A stretch of 32,000 bases of DNA from Bacteroidales bacterium (GTDB lineage Bacteria > Bacteroidota > Bacteroidia > Flavobacteriales > Flavobacteriaceae), in contig JASMTR010000105.1 in assembly GCA_041694175.1 (NCBI GenBank), positions 1 through 32,000 of the forward strand, read 5' to 3'. Positions 7,983 through 14,979 of this stretch are shown here, piece by piece. The position numbers and the translations under genes were made by a program. The notes under the pieces are model-generated. The model saw only the letters and a program-made list of their open reading frames with translations. It searched no databases and had not been told where the DNA came from. Position 1 is the stretch's first letter. Each line of letters opens with the position of its first letter.

Positions 7983-8555
7983 ATGACAAATATTGTTTTA
8001 TTTGGTCCGCCAGGAGCCGGCAAAGGCACACAAGCTGACATTTTAAAAGACAAATATAACCTCATTCACCTCTCAACAGGCGATATGTTTAGATACCACA
8101 TCAAAAACAAAACAGACCTCGGTCAACTCGCCCAATCATATACAGACAAAGGTAAATTAGTCCCAGACGAAGTCACTATCAAAATGCTCAATGCCGAAGT
8201 AGATAGGCATTTACCCTGTAATGGATTCCTCTTTGACGGTTTCCCACGCACCGAAGCTCAAGCCCAAAGCCTCGACCAATTGATGACCCAAAAATCAACT
8301 CAAGTCAACGCAATGATTGCCTTAGAAGTCGATGACGAAGTTTTGGTCAAGCGTTTACTCGAACGTGGCAAAACCTCAGGCAGACCAGACGATGCCAACG
8401 AAGAAGTCATCAGAAAACGCATCAAAGTTTATTATGATGAAACCGCTATTCTGAAATCCTATTATCAAAAAAACAATAAATACTTTGGTGTAAATGGAGT
8501 AGGTAATATTGAAGAAATCACAGCACGAATCAGCAAAGTAATTGATAAAATTTAA
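7983..8555 (+). CDS. adk: adenylate kinase (short-lid type)
   Basis: P-loop GPPGAGKGTQ, DGFPRT, and an AK1-like lid RGKTSGRPDD. Confidence 0.97.
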   Translation: MTNIVLFGPPGAGKGTQADILKDKYNLIHLSTGDMFRYHIKNKTDLGQLAQSYTDKGKLVPDEVTIKMLNAEVDRHLPCNGFLFDGFPRTEAQAQSLDQLMTQKSTQVNAMIALEVDDEVLVKRLLERGKTSGRPDDANEEVIRKRIKVYYDETAILKSYYQKNNKYFGVNGVGNIEEITARISKVIDKI

Positions 8556-8576
8556 TAAACTATTTTGGCTTTATAC

Positions 8577-8706
8577 GGGCTATTCGCTATATCTTTTTGG
8601 GCTTTGTCAAGTCTCAGTAAGCATTTTGAGATTACCGCTTTATGGCGGCACTCTCAAAATGCAACTTCGCTAAGACAAACCTCAAAAAGGATGTCGCAAC
8701 TATCCC
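8577..8706. repeat. ~130-nt imperfect palindrome; candidate structured RNA or MITE-like relic
   Basis: The left arm (8577-8638) and the reverse complement of the right arm (8645-8706) are each 62 nt and align along their full length. This includes a perfect 10-bp segment, GCATTTTGAG (8621-8630) / CTCAAAATGC (8653-8662), and an apical CCGC/GCGG hairpin. No ORF. Confidence 0.5.
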
Positions 8707-8803
8707 TAAGCTAAATTCGGCATTCAATTTACCATTTTTACTACACATTAACGACTAATTAAAAAAGTTAATTATATTTGAATACCAGAAACAAATACAC
8801 TTG

Positions 8804-9568
8804 ATGGAACACGAATTAGAACACGATGGAAAATTTAAATTTATTGAAGTAGGTAAAGGCACACCCATAATAATCTTACACGGTTTAATGGGCGGTCTCA
8901 GCAATTTTGATGGTGTCGTTGACTTTTTTCCGAAACAAGGTTACAAAGTTGTTATACCAGAATTACCCATTTACACTTTACCCATTTTAAAAACCAATAT
9001 CAAAAATATTTCTACCTACATCAAAGAATTTATAAACCACAGACAATACAAAGATGTCATTCTATTAGGTAATTCCCTTGGCGGTCATATAGGATTACTT
9101 ACTACAAAACTATACCCCGAATCAATCAAAGCATTAGTCATCACCGGCAGCTCTGGACTTTACGAAAGTGCAATGGGCGAGAGCTATCCCAAGCGTGGCG
9201 ATTACGACTACATCAAGAAAAAAGCAGAAAATGTTTTTTACGACCCTAAAGTCGCAACCAAAGAAATTGTAGATGAAGTTTATAGCGTAGTCAATGACAG
9301 AAGCAAACTTATCAGAACATTGGCCATTGCAAAAAGCGCCATAAGACACAATATGGGCAAAGATTTGCCTAATATGCCTCAGCCCACCTGTATCATTTGG
9401 GGAAAACAAGACAATGTCACACCACCAAATGTCGCCGAAGAATTTCACGAAAAGCTACCCAACTCAGATTTATTTTGGATAGACAAATGCGGTCACGCCG
9501 CAATGATGGAACACCCTAAACAATTTAATAGCATTTTGAACGATTGGCTTCAGAAACGTGAGTTATAA
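8804..9568 (+). CDS. alpha/beta hydrolase fold protein
   Basis: HGLMGG, nucleophile elbow GNSLGG, and C-terminal CGH.AMMEHP. ATG at 8804, one codon inside the TTG-opened ORF. Confidence 0.85.
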   Translation: MEHELEHDGKFKFIEVGKGTPIIILHGLMGGLSNFDGVVDFFPKQGYKVVIPELPIYTLPILKTNIKNISTYIKEFINHRQYKDVILLGNSLGGHIGLLTTKLYPESIKALVITGSSGLYESAMGESYPKRGDYDYIKKKAENVFYDPKVATKEIVDEVYSVVNDRSKLIRTLAIAKSAIRHNMGKDLPNMPQPTCIIWGKQDNVTPPNVAEEFHEKLPNSDLFWIDKCGHAAMMEHPKQFNSILNDWLQKREL

Positions 9569-10164
9569 TGAATATCACAACCTCAAAGTTTGTAATCAGT
9601 AATTCCAAAGTAGAAGACTGTCCCAATTCTCAATTGCCAGAATATGCCTTTATAGGTCGAAGTAATGTTGGTAAGTCTTCATTAATCAATATGTTGACGG
9701 GTCGAAAAAACTTAGCCAAAGTTTCAGGAAAACCTGGCAAAACAAGATTGATTAATCATTTTCTTATTAATAATACTTGGCATTTGGTGGATTTACCTGG
9801 TTATGGTTATGCTAAAGTCAGCAAAAAAGAAAAAAAAGTCTTTCAAAAATTCATCACTGATTATTTTAAAAAACGAAAACAACTCGTCAACGCATTTGTG
9901 CTAATTGATTCCCGTCACGAACCGCAAAGCATTGACCTTGAATTTATGCAATGGCTCGGTGTCAATGCTATACCATTTTCCATTATTTTTACCAAAACCG
10001 ATAAGTTAAAACCCCAAGCTTTAGACAAAAACATCTTGCACTACAAATCTGTTTTAATGGAATACTGGCAAGAATTAATGCCCATTTTCTTATCCTCATC
10101 CAAAGATAAAACAGGTAAAGATGATATATCAGCTTACATCCACAATATCAATCAAAGTTTGTAA
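9568..10164 (+). CDS. engB: ribosome biogenesis GTP-binding protein YsxC/EngB
   Basis: G1 GRSNVGKSS, DLPGYGYA and TKTDK motifs. 1-nt overlap with the upstream stop codon. Confidence 0.93.
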   Translation: MNITTSKFVISNSKVEDCPNSQLPEYAFIGRSNVGKSSLINMLTGRKNLAKVSGKPGKTRLINHFLINNTWHLVDLPGYGYAKVSKKEKKVFQKFITDYFKKRKQLVNAFVLIDSRHEPQSIDLEFMQWLGVNAIPFSIIFTKTDKLKPQALDKNILHYKSVLMEYWQELMPIFLSSSKDKTGKDDISAYIHNINQSL

Positions 10165-10250
10165 TAAAAATTTGATAATTAAGAGGTTAAGTCATATTAA
10201 GACTTCATAGAAATCCATAATGACTTTCATATCTTAATGGTTCAAAAAAA

Positions 10251-10745
10251 ATGGTTAATAAACACATGAAAGAACCAACAAAATCATACACTGTAAAAGA
10301 AGCCTTTCAGGCTTTGTGTAAGTATTGCGTTTATCAAGACCGATGCCATCAAGAGGTTGAGCAAAAACTCATCAACATGAATATGATTCCTGATGCCAGA
10401 GCGCAAATTATATCAGATTTAATTCAGCACGATTTTTTAAATGAAGAACGCTTTGCAATGAATTACGTTATGGGAAAATTCAATCAAAAAGGTTGGGGTA
10501 AAATCAGGATACGTCAAGAGCTCAAAAGACGAAATATTTCAGAGTATTTGCTCAATAAAGCTTTAAACCAAATTAAAGAGAGCAACTACCTTAATAAATT
10601 AGAAGAATTAGCTCAAAAAAGATTTAAACAACTCAGTAAAGATACAAGCTACAAGAGTAAAGCAAAACTCAAAAATTACTTGATTTACAAAGGCTATGAA
10701 ACAAGTTTAGTCTTTGAAGCTATTAATCATTTAACAAAGTTTTAA
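10251..10745 (+). CDS. recX: RecX-family regulatory protein
   Basis: Size and helical-repeat pattern are typical of Bacteroidetes RecX (C.YQERC..EV..KL ... L.NE.RFA..Y...K....WG...I..EL..R.I). An alternative start lies at 10266. Confidence 0.75.
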   Translation: MVNKHMKEPTKSYTVKEAFQALCKYCVYQDRCHQEVEQKLINMNMIPDARAQIISDLIQHDFLNEERFAMNYVMGKFNQKGWGKIRIRQELKRRNISEYLLNKALNQIKESNYLNKLEELAQKRFKQLSKDTSYKSKAKLKNYLIYKGYETSLVFEAINHLTKF

Positions 10746-10798
10746 AGTTTTAGAAAAAATTACTAATTTACACGCCATAACCTAAAATCTTAAAAATC

Positions 10799-11134
10799 AT
10801 GGAAGAAACCAACCAAGTTCAACAACCGAAGCCAAATAATCATATGGCTATGGCTATTGTTTCAACAGTATTATCAGTTATTACCTGCACACTTTTAGGA
10901 CTAATACCCGGAATAGTGAGTATAGTAATGGCTAGCCAAGTCAATTCAAAATACAATGCTGGAAATCACGAAGCTGCTCAAAAATCATCTAAAAATGCTA
11001 AAATAGCTTGGATAATTTCAATAGTAATTACAGTGGGAATATTGATATATACTTTTGCTGTACTCGGCTCTTCATGGGGTGAAATTATGGAAACTTTTCA
11101 ACAAGAAATGGAAAGACAACAATCACTTCAATAA
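10799..11134 (+). CDS. CD225/dispanin family membrane protein
   Basis: Two hydrophobic segments flank a ...SQVNSKYNAGNHEAAQKSSKNAK... loop, the typical bacterial CD225 architecture. Confidence 0.72.
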   Translation: MEETNQVQQPKPNNHMAMAIVSTVLSVITCTLLGLIPGIVSIVMASQVNSKYNAGNHEAAQKSSKNAKIAWIISIVITVGILIYTFAVLGSSWGEIMETFQQEMERQQSLQ

Positions 11135-11148
11135 ACATATATTAATTA

Positions 11149-11562
11149 ATGACTTTAACGAAACCCATTAAAATATTATTGATTACGATCAGTGTTTTGG
11201 TGGGTTTCTTGTTGTTATGGCTGTATTATAATATCAATCCCAATGGTCAATCATTTATACCGCAATGTCCATTTCATAGCATTACAGGTTTGCATTGTCC
11301 TGGTTGTGGGAGCCAACGGGCTTTGCATGATTTTCTTCACGGTAGAATTCTCGAAGGCTTTCAACACAACTTTTTAATTGGCTTAGGTTTGCTGGTGATG
11401 TTTTATAAAATCTTTTTATGGATCAGGACTTATTTTTATCCCCAAAAGACCAAAAATTTACTCTACAATCCTAAAACAGCTTGGTTTATACTTATCTTAG
11501 TTATCGGCTTTTGGGTTTTACGAAATATTCCTATTTTCCCTTTTAATATTTTAGCCCCCTAA
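11149..11562 (+). CDS. DUF2752 domain membrane protein
   Basis: Signature CPFHSITGLHCPGCGSQRAL followed by TM segments. Confidence 0.8.
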   Translation: MTLTKPIKILLITISVLVGFLLLWLYYNINPNGQSFIPQCPFHSITGLHCPGCGSQRALHDFLHGRILEGFQHNFLIGLGLLVMFYKIFLWIRTYFYPQKTKNLLYNPKTAWFILILVIGFWVLRNIPIFPFNILAP

Positions 11563-11609
11563 GGCTTTATAATTTTAAGATTTCTTAGATTTGGGCTAAA
11601 ATTAAAATC

Positions 11610-13064
11610 ATGCTACAAAATATAGAACCTCAAGTGGTTTGGAAACATTTTACCCTACTTAATGCCGTTCCTCGACCGTCTAAAAAAGAAGAACGCGTCA
11701 TTCAATTTATGATGGACTTTGGTCAAGATTTGGGTTTGGAAACATTAAAAGACAAAGCTGGCAACGTCATTATCAAAAAATCTGCAACAAAAGGATTTGA
11801 ACAGAAAAAAACGATTGTACTCCAGTCGCATCTCGATATGGTGCATCAAAAAAATGAAGATACGGACTTTGACTTTAACACTCAAGGTATTGAAATGTAT
11901 GTGGATGGCGATTGGGTTAAAGCCGAAGGCACAACACTTGGTGCAGATAACGGTCTCGGCGTAGCAGCAATTATGGCTATTCTTTCAGCAGATGATATTG
12001 AGCATCCAGCAATAGAAGCTTTATTTACCATAGATGAAGAAACAGGAATGACAGGAGCTAAAAATCTTGATCCTGATATATTAAACGGCGAAATTTTACT
12101 CAACCTCGATACTGAAGAAGACGACGAAATCGGTATTGGTTGTGCAGGTGGTGTGGACATTACAGCTACACGATTTTATATTGAAGAGTCCATTCCCGAA
12201 AAGACAACTGCTTTTCAAGTGGTTGTAAAAGGTTTGCAAGGTGGACATTCTGGTATGGATATCATCAAAGGTTTAGCTAATGCCAATAAGATTTTAACAC
12301 GTTTGTTATTTGATGCACATAAAAATTATAATATGCGTTTATCCTCTTTTATTGGCGGTGGTTTACGTAATGCTATTCCTCGTGAAAGCAAGTGCCAATT
12401 TGTAATTTTAAACAACGATGTTGAGGCATTCAAGACTTCATTTCAAAACTTAGTAAAAGAGATCCAATCAGAATATCAATCGCTTGAGCCGCAAATGTCA
12501 ATTCAACTTGAAAATTGTGATCAACCGAAGTCCGTTTTGAGTAGTGATGTGCAAGACTTGATTATTAAATCACTGCAAACGGCTCATAATGGTGTTTTTA
12601 GAATGAGCCCTGATATCGAAGGTTTAGTTGAAACCTCAAATAATATCGCTAAAGTTAATATTGAAAAAGGAAAAATTGAAATTTCTTGTCTCACTCGTTC
12701 TTCTGTCGATTCTGGTAAATGGGATTTAGCCCATAGCATAGAAAGTGCATTTGATTTGGCAGGTTGTCGTGTGAAGTTTTCAGGTGACTATCCTGGTTGG
12801 ACGCCTAATCCAAATTCTAATATTTTAAAAGTTTTAGATACATTATATCAAAGTAATTTTGGTGAAAAAGCAAATGTTGCAGCTTGTCACGCTGGTTTAG
12901 AGTGTGGAATTTTAGGTAGTCATTATCCTGAAATGGATATGGTTTCTTTTGGCCCAACTATTAAAGGCGCACATTCGCCAGATGAACGTGCCAGCATTTC
13001 ATCAACACAAAAGTTTTGGGCATTTTTAAAAGATATTCTTAAAAATATTCCAGAAAAAAGTTGA
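11610..13064 (+). CDS. pepD: aminoacyl-histidine dipeptidase (Xaa-His dipeptidase, M20C)
   Basis: Full-length PepD homology (LQSHLDMV, GTTLGADNG.G, FT.DEE.GM.GA, GGHSG, CHAGLECG, GP.I.GAHSP.E). Confidence 0.93.
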   Translation: MLQNIEPQVVWKHFTLLNAVPRPSKKEERVIQFMMDFGQDLGLETLKDKAGNVIIKKSATKGFEQKKTIVLQSHLDMVHQKNEDTDFDFNTQGIEMYVDGDWVKAEGTTLGADNGLGVAAIMAILSADDIEHPAIEALFTIDEETGMTGAKNLDPDILNGEILLNLDTEEDDEIGIGCAGGVDITATRFYIEESIPEKTTAFQVVVKGLQGGHSGMDIIKGLANANKILTRLLFDAHKNYNMRLSSFIGGGLRNAIPRESKCQFVILNNDVEAFKTSFQNLVKEIQSEYQSLEPQMSIQLENCDQPKSVLSSDVQDLIIKSLQTAHNGVFRMSPDIEGLVETSNNIAKVNIEKGKIEISCLTRSSVDSGKWDLAHSIESAFDLAGCRVKFSGDYPGWTPNPNSNILKVLDTLYQSNFGEKANVAACHAGLECGILGSHYPEMDMVSFGPTIKGAHSPDERASISSTQKFWAFLKDILKNIPEKS

Positions 13065-13077
13065 TTTTATTAATTCA

Positions 13078-13129
13078 AGACCTCACAGGTTTTCCACCAA
13101 AGGTGGACAGGCTGAAACCTGTGAGGTTT
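13078..13129 (+). terminator. GC-rich nested hairpin downstream of pepD
   Basis: 13-bp outer stem ACCTCACAGGTTT (13080-13092) / AAACCTGTGAGGT (13115-13127). It encloses a 22-nt GC-rich filler containing the CCACC-AAA-GGTGG hairpin, followed by TTT. Confidence 0.45.
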
Positions 13130-13174
13130 AAGTGAGTTATAAGTAAAGTCTGAAAATTCTTAAACCCAAATTAA

Positions 13175-13939
13175 ATGACAATTTTATCATACAACGTCAA
13201 CGGTATTCGCGCAGCAATGCGGAAAGGCTTAACGAATTGGCTAAAAACGACTGATGCTGATGTGGTTTGCTTTCAAGAAATCAAAGCTCAAAAAGAGCAA
13301 ATCGAGGTTGAAGCTTTTAAACAATTAGGCTACAACTACTGCTTTTGGTTTTCTGCACAAAAAAAAGGCTATAGCGGCGTTGGTATTATTTCAAAAGTAA
13401 AACCTCAACACGTTGAAATTGGCTGTGGTATTGACTATATGGACAATGAAGGACGAATATTAAGAGTTGATTTTGACAACTTTTCTTTGATGAGTTTATA
13501 TCTGCCTTCAGGAACCAACGACGCCAGACTCAATCTGAAATTTGATTTTATGGCTGATTTTTACAACTACATAGACAAACTTAAAAATGAAAAACCCAAC
13601 TTAGCCATTTGTGGTGACTACAATATTTGTCACGAGCCTATTGATATTCACGACCCAGTAAGACTTAAAACGGTATCAGGATTTTTACCTGAAGAACGCG
13701 ATTGGTTGAGTCAATTTTTAAACAATGGATTTATCGATTCGTTTAGATTTAAAAATCCAGAAGTCGAGCAGTATTCTTGGTGGAGTTATCGCGCCAATGC
13801 CAGAGCCAACAATAAAGGTTGGCGATTAGATTACCATTTGGTTTCGGAGCCCTTAAAACAAAACATTGAAAGAGCCGTTATATTACCAGAAGCTAAACAC
13901 AGTGACCACTGTCCCGTTTTATTAAAATTGGAATTTTAA
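13175..13939 (+). CDS. xth: exodeoxyribonuclease III
   Basis: ExoIII/APE family motifs (SYNVNGIRA, CFQE.K, GDYN..H, SDH.P). Confidence 0.93.
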   Translation: MTILSYNVNGIRAAMRKGLTNWLKTTDADVVCFQEIKAQKEQIEVEAFKQLGYNYCFWFSAQKKGYSGVGIISKVKPQHVEIGCGIDYMDNEGRILRVDFDNFSLMSLYLPSGTNDARLNLKFDFMADFYNYIDKLKNEKPNLAICGDYNICHEPIDIHDPVRLKTVSGFLPEERDWLSQFLNNGFIDSFRFKNPEVEQYSWWSYRANARANNKGWRLDYHLVSEPLKQNIERAVILPEAKHSDHCPVLLKLEF

Positions 13940-13949
13940 TTAGAAAATC

Positions 13950-14906
13950 ATGAAAACTAAATATTTGCTTTTACTTATTACTGTAGGTTTACTTGGGTCT
14001 TGTGTCCCAAAAAAAGATTTTGTCAATCTCCAGACCCGTTACGACAATTTACAGTCACAAAACGATTTGTTAACCCAAAAGTTAAAAGCTTGCCAGAAAA
14101 GCAAAAGCGAATTAACTTCAGATTTTGAAAAAAGTCAGAATAGATTAGAAGCACTTCAACAAGATTATGAAGCAATTTCAGAAGATTATGCGGAGCAAAC
14201 TTCTAAGCTCAAAAATCTTGAAACGTCTTACGAAGCTTTAGAACAAAACAGCAGTGAACTGCTTCAAGCCAACGCTAAGAGAAACCGAGACCTTCTCAAA
14301 CAACTTGAAGCCAAAGAAAAAGCCCTTGCTGAAGAACAAAAACGACTAGGGCAACTCCAAAAAGATTTAGACAAACGCTCCTACAGAATTGAGCAGTTAG
14401 AAAACTTGATTGCTTCTAAAGATGCTAAACTAAACAATCTTAAAAACAAACTCAGTGAAGCTTTAGTTGATTTTGAAGGACGTGGTTTGAGTGTCGAGCA
14501 ACGCGATGGCAAAGTTTACGTTTCTATGGAGAATAAGCTACTTTTTGCCTCTGGAAGCTGGAACGTTGGAACTGAAGGCCAAAAAGCGATCAAGGAATTG
14601 GCTAATGTTTTAGCTCAAAATTCAGATATTTCAGTATTAATTGAAGGTCATACTGATAATGTACCTTATGGCGGTAATGGACCGCTTAAAGACAACTGGG
14701 ATTTATCGACCAAACGTGCCACAGAAGTTTTAAAACTTTTGCTTAATAACGCCAGTGTCAACCCACAAAACTTAACCGCTGCTGGTCGTGGTAAATATGC
14801 GCCAGTTGCAAGTAACGAGACTCAAGCGGGAAAAGCCAAAAACCGAAGAATAGAAGTTGTTTTAGAGCCACAACTCGACCAAATCAATAAGCTCTTGGAA
14901 GAGTAA
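13950..14906 (+). CDS. OmpA-family lipoprotein with long coiled-coil N-terminal region
   Basis: Lipoprotein signal (LLGSC), about 170 aa of heptad-rich sequence, and a C-terminal OmpA/MotB domain (EGHTDN ... NW.LS..RA ... GRG...P ... NRR.E). Confidence 0.88.
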   Translation: MKTKYLLLLITVGLLGSCVPKKDFVNLQTRYDNLQSQNDLLTQKLKACQKSKSELTSDFEKSQNRLEALQQDYEAISEDYAEQTSKLKNLETSYEALEQNSSELLQANAKRNRDLLKQLEAKEKALAEEQKRLGQLQKDLDKRSYRIEQLENLIASKDAKLNNLKNKLSEALVDFEGRGLSVEQRDGKVYVSMENKLLFASGSWNVGTEGQKAIKELANVLAQNSDISVLIEGHTDNVPYGGNGPLKDNWDLSTKRATEVLKLLLNNASVNPQNLTAAGRGKYAPVASNETQAGKAKNRRIEVVLEPQLDQINKLLEE

Positions 14907-14927
14907 AAAGTCTTTGCGCCTTCGCGG

Positions 14928-14948
14928 CTCTGTCTGCCGACAGGCAGG
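14928..14948 (-). repeat. 21-nt GC-rich micro-element, diverged copy D (minus strand CCTGCCTGTCGGCAGACAGAG), intergenic
   Basis: 15 of 20 aligned positions match copy A, with one 1-nt gap; three mismatches are G-to-A. It contains the hairpin CTGCC-GACA-GGCAG and sits between TTYGCG motifs. Confidence 0.4.
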
Positions 14949-14979
14949 TTTGCGAGATAAATTTTTAAATATAGTGTTT

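Noticed and set aside
8379-8390. GGCAGACCAGAC in adk resembles GGCAGACAGAG of the 21-mer copy at 14928-14948.
   Set aside because: The protein here (RGKTSGRPDDANEE) matches the normal short-lid adenylate kinase sequence (compare AK1-type RGETSGRVDDNEE) with no extra residues. This is a coincidental partial match.
9133-9148. CCGGCAGCTCTGGAC in the alpha/beta hydrolase gene shares CCGGCAG and CTGGAC with the 21-mers.
   Set aside because: Only short sub-matches, with no length anomaly evident in the protein (VITGSSGLYES). Not supported as a copy.
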